Assembly: GCA_050250255.1 (NCBI GenBank)
Contig: JBFWOZ010000010.1
Span: 16,718 to 80,717 of the forward strand
DNA length: 64,000 bases
Direction: 5' to 3'
Source of the DNA: Bdellovibrionales bacterium
GTDB lineage: Bacteria; Bdellovibrionota; Bdellovibrionia; Bdellovibrionales; DASUEL01
The position numbers and the translations under genes were made by a program. The notes beneath the pieces are model-generated. The model worked only from the letters and a program-made list of their open reading frames with translations. It made no database searches and was not told where the DNA came from. Positions 20,366 to 29,171 of this stretch are shown piece by piece. Position 1 is the stretch's first letter, and each line of letters begins with the position of its first letter.

Positions 20366-20396
20366 TTTGCCTCCAGATCGCATAGTATGTCACAAA

Positions 20397-21401
20397 ATGA
20401 CAGAGCAACAAAGTTCCATTTTAAAGTGGTACAAATCAAATGGGCGCGTACTTCCTTGGCGGGGGCGTCAGGATCCTTATCATATTTGGATTTCTGAGGT
20501 CATGCTACAGCAGACGACGTCTCAAGCGGTCGTTCCCTTTTTTGAGCGCTTCTTAAATCGTTTTCCAACGGTGGCTTCGTTAGCCCAAAGCGATGTGGGG
20601 GAAGTTCTCGAGCTCTGGTCGGGGCTTGGTTATTACAGTCGTGCGCGCAATCTTCATAAGGCGGCTCAAGCCCTTCACTTAGAAAAACAATTTCCAAAAT
20701 CTTACGTGAAACTTTTAGAGATGCCAGGGTTTGGTCCTTACACGAGCCGTGCGGTTTCAAGCCTCGCGTTTAACGAAAACGTTGGCTTAGTAGATGGCAA
20801 TGCCATTCGGGTTCTCTCTCGCGTTTATACGATGAAGTCTCTTTGGTGGAGCACCAAAGGCCGTGCAGAAATTCAAGAGAAAGCAGATGCGCTTGTTCAA
20901 GGAGTCGATGCACGAGATATGAATCAAGCACTCATGGATCTAGGTTCTATGATCTGCACGCCCACGTCGCCAAAGTGTGCGCTTTGCCCTTGGGCAAAAC
21001 ATTGTCAGGCAAATCTGGAAGGAAATCCTGAAGCCTATCCGCCTGCTAAACCTAAAAAGCAAAAGATGATTCTTGCCTGGTATCCGATTGTTGAGATGGG
21101 CGAAAAGAAAAAAACCTTATTACTTCAGAAAAATGACTACGCGCCTTTTTTAAAGGGACAGTGGCTTTTACCGGGGCATATCAAAGTCCTCAAGAAGGCG
21201 CCGACAAAATTTCTTTTTAAACATACGATCACTCACCACGATATTTACACCGTAGATATTCAGAAAAAACATCGAGCAAAAATAAAACAAGTCGGGCTGC
21301 AATCTCAGTGGGTGAAAATGAACGAGCTTGCTCGTGTGTGTCCTGTGTCTCTTGTTTCTAAAGCTGTTCAATTAGCACATCCGGAGTATACAAAATCATG
21401 A
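20397..21401 (+). CDS. mutY: A/G-specific adenine glycosylase MutY
   Basis: LPWR, SEVMLQQT, WSGLGYYSRARNL, PGFGPYT, VDGN, C-X6-C-X2-C-X5-C. Confidence 0.93.
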   Translation: MTEQQSSILKWYKSNGRVLPWRGRQDPYHIWISEVMLQQTTSQAVVPFFERFLNRFPTVASLAQSDVGEVLELWSGLGYYSRARNLHKAAQALHLEKQFPKSYVKLLEMPGFGPYTSRAVSSLAFNENVGLVDGNAIRVLSRVYTMKSLWWSTKGRAEIQEKADALVQGVDARDMNQALMDLGSMICTPTSPKCALCPWAKHCQANLEGNPEAYPPAKPKKQKMILAWYPIVEMGEKKKTLLLQKNDYAPFLKGQWLLPGHIKVLKKAPTKFLFKHTITHHDIYTVDIQKKHRAKIKQVGLQSQWVKMNELARVCPVSLVSKAVQLAHPEYTKS

Positions 21402-22435
21402 TGAAGTGGAACTTGGCTTTTTGCAGCGCTCTGTTGCTGAGCTGTTCTTCGAAAAACGTAAAGCCTACAACGAGCGTGAATAGTGTCACTACGGTTGTCG
21501 CTATGGAATCGCAAACGTGGACCGAAAGGGGGCAAAATCGTCACCCTTGGATTTCTCAGGATGAGCGCTATCTCTATTTCACAAGCGGTGAGAGGGAACA
21601 TTTCAATCATCAAATTTATGTTCTCGATCTGAGTTCTAAAACTCAAAGGCGACTCACCCATCAAAGTGGAGATTGTCTGCAAGTTATCACGATCCCCAAT
21701 ACATCCCAAATGCTTTATGTAAGTACGACCGACGAGTTAAAAGAAAAAAATGAAATGGATTCTTGGGCAGCGAGATATCTCGATCCGAAGTTTTCGCGAA
21801 ATCAAGTCGTGAACAAACCATCAGAAATTTATTTAAGTAAGTTGGATGGAAGTCACATTCGTCGATTGACTCAGTCTGCGGGCTTTGATGGACAAATCAC
21901 TCTTCATAAATCAGGTCGCCTGGCGGTGTTTGTTTCTTCTAGAAACGGGCGTATGCAACTTTATAAATTGCATTTATCTTTGACGGCCGTGGAACCTCTT
22001 TATCATGGAAAGTTTCAGGATCAAGAGCCTCAATTTTCTCCCGATGGAAAACAGTTGGTATGGACGAGAAGAGAAATTAAGAGCGATGGTTCTTTCGGTT
22101 CAGCTCAACTGTATTTGGCCACCTTTGGAAAACCTACCGTGAAGGCCTTAACGACGGTGGAAGCGGATCACGTTTCACCGTCATGGAGTCCTGATGGAAA
22201 AAGTCTCGTGTTTTCATCAGACCGTGATCGTAAAGGTCAGCTGGATCTTTACACCTTGCAAATAGAGTCCAAGTGCCTACAAAAAATCACTAGTCAGTCA
22301 CAGAGTGTGGACCCCCTCTATCACCCTAGTGGCAAAACGATTTTCTTTTCGCAGCAACAGGGAGCTTCTTTCCAAATACAGAGCTTGCCAGTTCCAGCGG
22401 AAAACTCTCAAAACTGTTTAAACTCGCCTTTATAA
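21398..22435 (+). CDS. TolB-like (PD40 repeat) beta-propeller lipoprotein
   Basis: LLSC lipobox; PQFSPDGK, PSWSPDGK repeats. Confidence 0.8.
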   Translation: MMKWNLAFCSALLLSCSSKNVKPTTSVNSVTTVVAMESQTWTERGQNRHPWISQDERYLYFTSGEREHFNHQIYVLDLSSKTQRRLTHQSGDCLQVITIPNTSQMLYVSTTDELKEKNEMDSWAARYLDPKFSRNQVVNKPSEIYLSKLDGSHIRRLTQSAGFDGQITLHKSGRLAVFVSSRNGRMQLYKLHLSLTAVEPLYHGKFQDQEPQFSPDGKQLVWTRREIKSDGSFGSAQLYLATFGKPTVKALTTVEADHVSPSWSPDGKSLVFSSDRDRKGQLDLYTLQIESKCLQKITSQSQSVDPLYHPSGKTIFFSQQQGASFQIQSLPVPAENSQNCLNSPL

Positions 22436-22482
22436 GACTTTTGGGCTTGTAGAACCACTGCGTGATATGCTTTGTTTAAGGT

Positions 22483-23043
22483 ATGAAGTACGTCATCTTC
22501 TGTTTATTTTTTTCCTTTACTGCGAGAGCCGCCCCGATTCCTATGTCGAGCTCCTCAAAAGCTGTAGAACCTTACTGGGGTCTTTATCGCTCGGAAAGAG
22601 GTTTTTCGGTAGATGGACGAAGCACCGGGTGGAAGATTGCAGAAGGGCCTGAAGATTCGCCACATGTTCTCGCTCTATTTAAGAGTGTGGATTCGGCAGG
22701 GCAAAGACCTGCCACTCTCAGCGTGCGGATTGATGACAACACTCAAAAATTAAGACCTCCGAATTACATTAAAAGTTGGTTACTGCTCTATCATCGCTTA
22801 GGCCTTGATGTGAAAGGCCACCAACCATTTCTTCATAATGGAGAAAAGGGGTACGTGTTAGATGTTGTTGATCGAAAACTCAGCACACAAAGTCGACAAG
22901 CTTTATTTTTTCGCGGAACTCAAGTCGTAATCCTTACTTGTTCTGACGCCAAAGCATCATTCACAAATGCTCTTCCTACCTGTAACAAGCTGATTCGAAG
23001 CTTCAAGTGGTCGGAAGATTCCTCTCTCTCATTAACAAAATAA
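22483..23043 (+). CDS. Secreted hypothetical protein
   Basis: Signal peptide ending ARA; 186-aa ORF. Confidence 0.65.
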   Translation: MKYVIFCLFFSFTARAAPIPMSSSSKAVEPYWGLYRSERGFSVDGRSTGWKIAEGPEDSPHVLALFKSVDSAGQRPATLSVRIDDNTQKLRPPNYIKSWLLLYHRLGLDVKGHQPFLHNGEKGYVLDVVDRKLSTQSRQALFFRGTQVVILTCSDAKASFTNALPTCNKLIRSFKWSEDSSLSLTK

Positions 23044-23044
23044 T

Positions 23045-23389
23045 ATGACATCGACTTCTTCCTACCAACTCTTTGGGATTCCTAACTGCGATACGGTGAA
23101 AAAAGTTCGAGTTCTTCTTGAGAAGAAAAAGATCGACTACGAATTTATCGATTTCAAGAAACGACCGCCCACAGAATCCGATATTCAAAGATGGAAATCT
23201 TTTATGAAGGTATGGCCGGTGAATACCAAAGGCCCAACCTATCGTAAAATCCGTGAAAAATTTGAAGCCGTGAGCGACAATCAAAAAATGAAACTGCTTA
23301 TCGAAAACAGTTCGGCGATCAAACGTCCTATCTTAGAAAAGAATGGGGCAGTCCAAGCTGTCGGGTTGGACTTAAGTTACTACAAATAG
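23045..23389 (+). CDS. ArsC/Spx/YffB family protein
   Basis: GIPNCDTVKK, IKRPILE. Confidence 0.88.
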   Translation: MTSTSSYQLFGIPNCDTVKKVRVLLEKKKIDYEFIDFKKRPPTESDIQRWKSFMKVWPVNTKGPTYRKIREKFEAVSDNQKMKLLIENSSAIKRPILEKNGAVQAVGLDLSYYK

Positions 23390-23593
23390 AGCGCTGCTCG
23401 ATAAGCCTATATATTTCGAAATGAAAGATGATCAGAAATCATTTCTTTGATGACCAGCCAATAGACTGAAGTTTGATTCGCCCCCCCCATTGTATTCCCA
23501 ATCAGCTCCTTTTTACACGCGTCCGTCTCTGCGGACGCACTTTGTGGTCTACTTATTTGAATTTAGTAAATCATGCTGTTAGGGTCCTCCTAA

Positions 23594-24400
23594 ATGAAAA
23601 CGGAAAACTTTGCTTACAAAGCAACAAAAAAAATGGCCCTCAAAACTCAGCCAAGAAACTTTCGAGAGTACCTTCAAGGTGAATTTGTACTTCGCTGCAA
23701 AAAAAATCCACAGTATTCAATGAGAGCCTTCTCCAAGTTTCTAGGTGTTGAAAATTCATGGCTTTCAAAAATTCTGCGAGGAAAGAAAGTCGCCTCTCGT
23801 CAGTCAATAGAAAAATTGGCTTTTCGATTAGGTCTCTCTGCACATCAAGTCCAAAATCTTCAGTCATTAAGCAAGACGAATAAAGATAGTGAAGCCGCGT
23901 ACAAAGTTTTGACTGAAGATATCTTTGAGGTCATCTCCGATTGGTTCCACTTTGCAATTTTGGAACTTATGAAACTTGATTCTTTTGAGGCAGACGAAAA
24001 ATGGATTTCAAAAAAATTAGGAATTCCATTTATCGAAGCGCGATCGGCTATTGAAAGGTTAAAAAAAGTAGGACTGATCGAGACGTGTGCAGATGGAAAT
24101 TGGATAGATACGTCAAACGGCTTTACAACACACAACTTGGGAATTCATTTTACGTCAGCAGCTAGAAGGCGCCTACAAGAGAATATCCTCGAGAAATCTC
24201 GAGAAGCTTTGGTGGCTCTTCCTATTGAAGAACGTGATCACAGTTCTATTATGATGGCGACAAATATGTCTAAGTTGGAAGAAGCAAAAAGAAGAATTGA
24301 TACCTTTAGAAAAGAGATTTGCGATTTTCTAGAGGATTGTAACGAAAAAAATGAAGTTTACCAATTGTCAGTTGGATTGTTTCCGCTGACAAAAAAATAG
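23594..24400 (+). CDS. TIGR02147 family protein (HTH + DUF4423-like)
   Basis: NPQYSMRAFSKFLG..LSKILRGK HTH, ISDWFHFAILEL, VYQLSVGLFPL C-terminus. Confidence 0.82.
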   Translation: MKTENFAYKATKKMALKTQPRNFREYLQGEFVLRCKKNPQYSMRAFSKFLGVENSWLSKILRGKKVASRQSIEKLAFRLGLSAHQVQNLQSLSKTNKDSEAAYKVLTEDIFEVISDWFHFAILELMKLDSFEADEKWISKKLGIPFIEARSAIERLKKVGLIETCADGNWIDTSNGFTTHNLGIHFTSAARRRLQENILEKSREALVALPIEERDHSSIMMATNMSKLEEAKRRIDTFRKEICDFLEDCNEKNEVYQLSVGLFPLTKK

Positions 24401-24408
24401 GAGATTCT

Positions 24409-25323
24409 ATGCGTACGATATCATTAATTTTAACTCTATCGTTTCTGAATATTGCGACCACTTATGCTGGTCAAGATGGGAGAGGTGGAAATGTTGTGAT
24501 TTGCCCAGGTAAAGAGGTGGTCACATTAGACTACTATCACGCAACACTACCACCCTCTAATACAGTAGACATTTCAAGAATGTCTCGCGTTGAAGTTATT
24601 AACTTATTTAAAGAAAGATTGAAGGACGCATTTTTTCTCCAACAATTTGAAGATGCTTTGCAGGTTATAGGGCCTAGCTATTCATGGATTGAAGACAACC
24701 TAAAATATGTCGATGACAGCAATGAACCCTACCAACTGCCCACAGGTTGCGTAAGAAAAACAGTAGCCGTGAGGCAAAACGAAGAGACCATGTTTAAGGA
24801 TCCTGCCATCTATAGGCTTTTATCTGGAGCACAAATTGGAATCTTAGAAGTTCATGAGGCTTTTTATTATGTCGCCTCTAAAGTCGGGATTAATACTTCA
24901 GAAAGAATTCGTACCTTAGTAAGGGCTCTACTCCAAACATCTCCAGATCAAATGGCAGTTTATAAAGCGATGAGTGCTATTGGGGGCGGAACGCTTGCTA
25001 TCATGGAGAAAATTCCGGGAACTTATGTTGGGACTCTCACTACACGTATTCTTGGTGAATACGAATTAAGATATAATGAAATAAGGGGTGTCTTCACTCT
25101 AGCGCCAGAAAATGGAATTTATATCGATTACGGCACAAATCGAAAACCCTGTACTCTAAAAGGCGAATCGGTCATTTGTTATTTTAAACACGATGATTGT
25201 GTGGTGACATATAATTTTTCACCTCGTGCAGGCACACTTTTGTTCAGTCGGATATGCGAGAGTTTGCCCGGTTCTACTCCTCATCATATTTCTATGGGCA
25301 CCTTAAAAAGGTACCCATTATGA
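24409..25323 (+). CDS. Secreted hypothetical protein
   Basis: AGGAG RBS, signal peptide followed by GQDGRGGNVVIC; VHEAFY motif. Confidence 0.7.
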   Translation: MRTISLILTLSFLNIATTYAGQDGRGGNVVICPGKEVVTLDYYHATLPPSNTVDISRMSRVEVINLFKERLKDAFFLQQFEDALQVIGPSYSWIEDNLKYVDDSNEPYQLPTGCVRKTVAVRQNEETMFKDPAIYRLLSGAQIGILEVHEAFYYVASKVGINTSERIRTLVRALLQTSPDQMAVYKAMSAIGGGTLAIMEKIPGTYVGTLTTRILGEYELRYNEIRGVFTLAPENGIYIDYGTNRKPCTLKGESVICYFKHDDCVVTYNFSPRAGTLLFSRICESLPGSTPHHISMGTLKRYPL

Positions 25324-25429
25324 ACGACGTAGAATACAGCAGTCATTCCTTTGATAATCAAAAAATTAGCTCAATTTTGTCATTCGTTCTGAGTGTCTCT
25401 AATTTGAGATTGGCTAATTCGATTTGGTT

Positions 25430-25445
25430 AGGCATACGAATTGCA
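25430..25445 (+). promoter_or_regulatory. Putative sigma-54 promoter
   Basis: AGGCATACGAATTGCA: GG-N10-GC with TTGCA, about 30 bp upstream of ATG 25474. Confidence 0.55.
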
Positions 25446-25473
25446 TTTTTTTAGGAAAAACCTTGGAGGTTCT

Positions 25474-25941
25474 ATGAAGTCGATGATGATAGTATTTGCA
25501 TTTTTAAGTGCGGCGTCTGCCTACGCAGACAATGGCTTTATTCTACAAAAGGGAGTGATGGTCTACTCTACACAGACGTTACGAGTTCCAGAACAAAATG
25601 GTCTCAAGCAAAATAAAGAGTACCGTTTTACACTACAGCACATCGAAGACTATGCTGATATTGTTGAATTTAAGGACACAGGAGTTAAGCTCCATTTCTC
25701 TGATAAAAATGCTTTGGGTGAACCTCAAAGTGGAAGAATAGCGCTTGTAAACTTTCTGTCATTGCTAAATGAGGGTAAAATTAAAGCAATTGGTGCAAAA
25801 AAAGTTGAAATGAATTTCACTGGATTTTGTTTGGCATATGTTCGTAAGGACGACACACAAGTGCTAGTTTTAGGTTCCGCCCTTGCTGATGTTAAGTCAC
25901 TGGCTGATATTAAACAGGACAACTGCAAGCTTATTGACTAA
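25474..25941 (+). CDS. Secreted hypothetical protein
   Basis: GGAGG RBS, signal peptide ending AYA. Confidence 0.7.
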   Translation: MKSMMIVFAFLSAASAYADNGFILQKGVMVYSTQTLRVPEQNGLKQNKEYRFTLQHIEDYADIVEFKDTGVKLHFSDKNALGEPQSGRIALVNFLSLLNEGKIKAIGAKKVEMNFTGFCLAYVRKDDTQVLVLGSALADVKSLADIKQDNCKLID

Positions 25942-25991
25942 AACACTTGTTTTTGTGCTAACTAGCGTTCAGAAACGCTGGGTCTATCTGG

Positions 25992-26885
25992 TCACAACTC
26001 TCGAATTCTCAATTGATTATGACTGCGGCAGAGAAGCCGCAAATTTTCAATCGAGTTGAGACCACCTAACGAATAGGGTTGGATGTGATCAACCTCCAAT
26101 TGAAATTTTGAATCACATTTCTTGCCGGCATGTGCATAAGTGCATTTTCCCTGATCCCTTTGCCAAACTACACGTTTAATCTGTGAGGGAATGTATCGGG
26201 TGTGTTTACGCAATGTTTCTTCGCCTGGTGAAGAAACGCTGGGTCGAGAAGTCGTGGCTTTTTTGAGGGCGGTTCGCTTCTTCAAAGCGTCGTTTGCCAT
26301 CAAATCGATGAGTTCGGCAAAACTTGGATTTGGATGAATGTGCGAGTAAAGTTTTTTAAGTTCCTCTAATTTATCTGTGAGCTTCTTTTCCAACACAACC
26401 GTCACTTGAGTTTTATCATCGGACAACACCCGAATCTTTTCAATTGTGGGTAGGGTTGGGGACTTTTCAATCAAGACCTTTTCACACTCGCGACTTGATT
26501 TGTTTTCAAGATTTTTAAAGAGCTCTAGCCTCTCTGCCTTATCGTAAGTTTTGTTTTGGTACTTCTTTTCTTGATTCAAAAAGGTTTGCGCTTTCGTCAC
26601 GGTTACAAGATTGAGCGAACCTTCAGCTAGAGACTTTTTCACTTGGGGTAAATCACGAGTCACGCGCATTGCCGAAATACGGCGATAGGCGGCAGATTCG
26701 CTATATTTTAGCTCCTTCACGCAAAATTCCATGAGGCTACCGTAGCCTTTTTGATGATGGAGTTTGCGTCGATCCACCTCTTCCAGGAGCTCAATGATTT
26801 CTAAATTTAAATTTCGTTCGGCTTGAGTTTTTGTCAAAAGAATTTTGATCAGCTGATGATTTGAAAAAGATGAAATTTGAGTCAT
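25992..26885 (-). CDS. HNH endonuclease with helical N-terminal (DUF222-like) domain
   Basis: RYIP..IKRVVWQRDQGKC..C...LEVDHIQPYSLGG.NSIENLRLLCRSHN; N-terminal GYGSLMEFCVKELKYSESAAYRRI; GGAGG RBS. Confidence 0.88.
   Translation of the reverse strand: MTQISSFSNHQLIKILLTKTQAERNLNLEIIELLEEVDRRKLHHQKGYGSLMEFCVKELKYSESAAYRRISAMRVTRDLPQVKKSLAEGSLNLVTVTKAQTFLNQEKKYQNKTYDKAERLELFKNLENKSSRECEKVLIEKSPTLPTIEKIRVLSDDKTQVTVVLEKKLTDKLEELKKLYSHIHPNPSFAELIDLMANDALKKRTALKKATTSRPSVSSPGEETLRKHTRYIPSQIKRVVWQRDQGKCTYAHAGKKCDSKFQLEVDHIQPYSLGGLNSIENLRLLCRSHNQLRIREL
26208..26245. repeat. Intragenic palindromic repeat matching both element ends
   Basis: 26208-26237 equals 27151-27180 (29/30); 26232-26245 equals 25971-25984 (14/14). 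Confidence 0.85.
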
Positions 26886-26914
26886 AAAGACCTCCTTCGG
26901 TAAAGACATATTAG

Positions 26915-27098
26915 CATGAGTTTTTAAATCTTAAAATTTAGAGTTTAATTGGCCCGAGAGCGAAGAATTTTTACTTGCAACGAAGCTTCTTGAAAAGAAA
27001 ATTTGCGTCGATTAAAGGGCAAATGCAGAAGAATAAAAAATTGTTTAGACGAGATTTTCTACACAAAATAATTTTTCTGATTTTAGCCAAAACCCATG
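26915..27098 (-). ncRNA. Putative structured 5' leader or ncRNA of the HNH gene
   Basis: Closing stem CAUGGGUUUU/AAAACUCAUG with G.U on the gene-sense strand, continued imperfect AAAUC/GAUUU pairing, inner hairpin at 27001-27024, TATAAT on minus strand at 27114-27109. Confidence 0.4.
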
Positions 27099-27155
27099 TC
27101 AAGTATCAATTATAAATTATTTAAGAAATTGAGAGTTTTTTGAAACTCAAACGCA

Positions 27156-27182
27156 ATGTTTCTTCACCTGGTGAAGAAACAT
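27156..27182. repeat. Perfect 13-bp-arm palindrome
   Basis: ATGTTTCTTCACC-T-GGTGAAGAAACAT. Confidence 0.9.
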
Positions 27183-27304
27183 CGTGTTGCAAATTCGCGA
27201 AATTATTTTGCGCTAAGACTTAACCTGAAATAATCAAAATTTGTTTGAGCATTAATTTTTTTATGTTAATTGTCGCTGCAGAAACTTTCACAAAGGAGTA
27301 ACAA

Positions 27305-27640
27305 ATGAAGTTATGGATTATGGCAGCAGTGGTTGTTTTTTCTCAAAATGCATTCTCAAAAGATTTGGCCTGCAGACTTGCAGAGACCTATGACGGCAAA
27401 AGCGCCGTCTATGCTCTGTCATCTGCAGAGGCAAAAATTGAGTCTGCTGGAAAACTACACAAAAGCCTCGAATTAAGAATTACTGGAACAGAGGTCGATA
27501 ACCAACCGGTTATCCTTCAAACTTTCACAAATATTACGACAGGCGAGACTTTTACGACGCGTGCAATAGGGAAAACATTAGCTTATGAGCATAAACACGC
27601 TCTAGGTGCTTTCGTTATCACCTGCAATTTTGTTCTTTAA
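27305..27640 (+). CDS. Small secreted hypothetical protein
   Basis: AAGGAG RBS, signal peptide ending AFS, two Cys. Confidence 0.7.
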   Translation: MKLWIMAAVVVFSQNAFSKDLACRLAETYDGKSAVYALSSAEAKIESAGKLHKSLELRITGTEVDNQPVILQTFTNITTGETFTTRAIGKTLAYEHKHALGAFVITCNFVL

Positions 27641-27669
27641 TCTAGACGTATTAAGGAAGACACAAGCGT

Positions 27670-27699
27670 TCAACCCAACCGAAGAATAGGTTGGGTTGA
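27670..27699. terminator. Stem-loop between convergent genes
   Basis: TCAACCCAACC-gaagaata-GGTTGGGTTGA, 11-bp stem, weak U tract. Confidence 0.55.
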
Positions 27700-27702
27700 C
27701 TT

Positions 27703-28026
27703 CTAATGAGCGATCCAGATTTTCATTAATGTTGCGATGGTCGTGAACCCGACAATTAGAAGTGATCCGAGTTTTATGATCATTCGGTACTCTACTTGCT
27801 GGATTTTGTTTTCGACGCTACTGATTTTGATTTCGAAAGATGTCGTTATATCTTTTCGAAAGCTCTCAAGTTCTTGCTTTAAGCCAGTTTCCAAAATTTT
27901 AAGATCTTGTTTTGTAGCCAACTCACCCTCGACAATCTCGGTTATGACTTGCAGTTGAATTTCTGCTTGTTCTCTCGAAAATCCAGCCTCTTCTAACTGC
28001 TTCGAATATTTGAACGCGTTAAACAT
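27703..28026 (-). CDS. DUF1640/CCDC90-like coiled-coil membrane protein
   Basis: LEEAGFSREQAE, LATKQDL, coiled coil, C-terminal TM (MIIKLG). Confidence 0.8.
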   Translation of the reverse strand: MFNAFKYSKQLEEAGFSREQAEIQLQVITEIVEGELATKQDLKILETGLKQELESFRKDITTSFEIKISSVENKIQQVEYRMIIKLGSLLIVGFTTIATLMKIWIAH

Positions 28027-28127
28027 ATAATACCTCCTGAGAAGAGGTATTGCAATCGTGCCTAGGTCTTAAAAACTGTTAGGGTGGATTTGCCTTGGAA
28101 TTACAAACAGATATCGGATCGAGAGAC

Positions 28128-28370
28128 TCAAACTTCTTTGAGTGCTTCGAACAAATGCTCAAGTCCGTTGACCTTGATTTCATAAACTTGCTCGAGGAGC
28201 CGTCCTAATTCACCTTCAGGAAAGCCTTTGTTGCGGAACCAAATGACATAAGGCTCGGGCAAATCAACCAGCGCAACTCCTTGAAATTTTCCAAATGGCA
28301 TTTTTAAATTGGCGATTTTAATGAGGTCTTCGTAATTAGGAGTCACTGTTTTTCTCATATTTGTATTCAA
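28128..28370 (-). CDS. DUF3820 family protein
   Basis: [27 protein letters not shown]....YEIKVNGLE. Confidence 0.85.
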   Translation of the reverse strand: MNTNMRKTVTPNYEDLIKIANLKMPFGKFQGVALVDLPEPYVIWFRNKGFPEGELGRLLEQVYEIKVNGLEHLFEALKEV

Positions 28371-28569
28371 GATAAAGATTTTCTACTTTGGCTCTTGCCC
28401 AAGGAGTTTTGCGCAAAAACTTTAAGCTGGAACTCACGCTTGGATCCTTATTAAAACAATTGATAGGAACGAGTTCACCCAACTTTTTCCAGCCATAGTG
28501 TGCTAATAACTCATTGAGAATGGCTTCGAGTGTAACTCCATGTAGTGGGTCTTTTGAGCTATTGTTCAT
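28336..28569 (-). CDS. VF530/DUF2132 family DNA-binding protein
   Basis: [35 protein letters not shown]. Confidence 0.9.
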   Translation of the reverse strand: MNNSSKDPLHGVTLEAILNELLAHYGWKKLGELVPINCFNKDPSVSSSLKFLRKTPWARAKVENLYLEYKYEKNSDS

Positions 28570-28637
28570 TTGAATATTTAGTGTAGCATTAGCCGGGAAC
28601 GCAAGAATCTTCTTAGGTATTATGCAGAGCTAAGTCT

Positions 28638-29171
28638 ATGTTATATCGCTTTCAAATTGAATTATCAGATATCGACCGTAACATTTACGAAACTTTAGAT
28701 TTTCGAATTACCCAACATCCTTCAGAAACGGCGACTTACTTATTAACTCGAGCCTTGGCCTATGCCCTTAGCTATTCCAAAGAACTGGAATTCACAGCAC
28801 AGGGTTTGAGCGACCCAGACGGGGCGGCCTTACAATCTCTTGGCGCTCAAGGGGGCATTCATCTCTGGATTGAAATTGGTAACCCATCCGCAAGAAAACT
28901 TCATAAAGCGACAAAGGTGGCTCAGCAAGTGGTGGTGTACACTTATAAAAATCCTGATTTATTAATTGCAGAAATCAAAGCGAACGATGTTCATAAGGCA
29001 AACACAATTCAAATTTTTTCTTTTGATCCAAAATTTCTGCTGAGTCTCGAAAGTGGACTTGAGAAAAATAATCGCTGGTCTGTTTTATTTCAGGATGGTC
29101 ATTTAAGTGTGGAGATTGGTAGTCAATCGCACACAACGGACGTTAAAGAGTCTAAAGTAGAAAATAAATAA
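28638..29171 (+). CDS. yaeQ: YaeQ family protein
   Basis: LSDIDR, QHPSET, GLSDPD, LWIEIGNP...KLHKA. Confidence 0.85.
   Translation: MLYRFQIELSDIDRNIYETLDFRITQHPSETATYLLTRALAYALSYSKELEFTAQGLSDPDGAALQSLGAQGGIHLWIEIGNPSARKLHKATKVAQQVVVYTYKNPDLLIAEIKANDVHKANTIQIFSFDPKFLLSLESGLEKNNRWSVLFQDGHLSVEIGSQSHTTDVKESKVENK

Larger units (their letters stand above)
25971..27180 (-). mobile_element. Candidate HNH-encoding mobile element bounded by AGAAAC direct repeats
   Basis: Both end sequences are copied inside the ORF (see findings); one ORF plus a structured leader. Confidence 0.5.

Noticed and set aside
20313..20396. Apparent head-to-head overlaps (speB/mutY; also doxX/M14 and enoyl-CoA hydratase/CDF)
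   Set aside because: They vanish when downstream starts are used; short divergent gaps recur across this window.
25992..26885. IscB, Cas9 or TnpB assignment for the HNH protein
   Set aside because: No PLMP or RuvC motifs; only a C-terminal HNH domain in about 297 aa.
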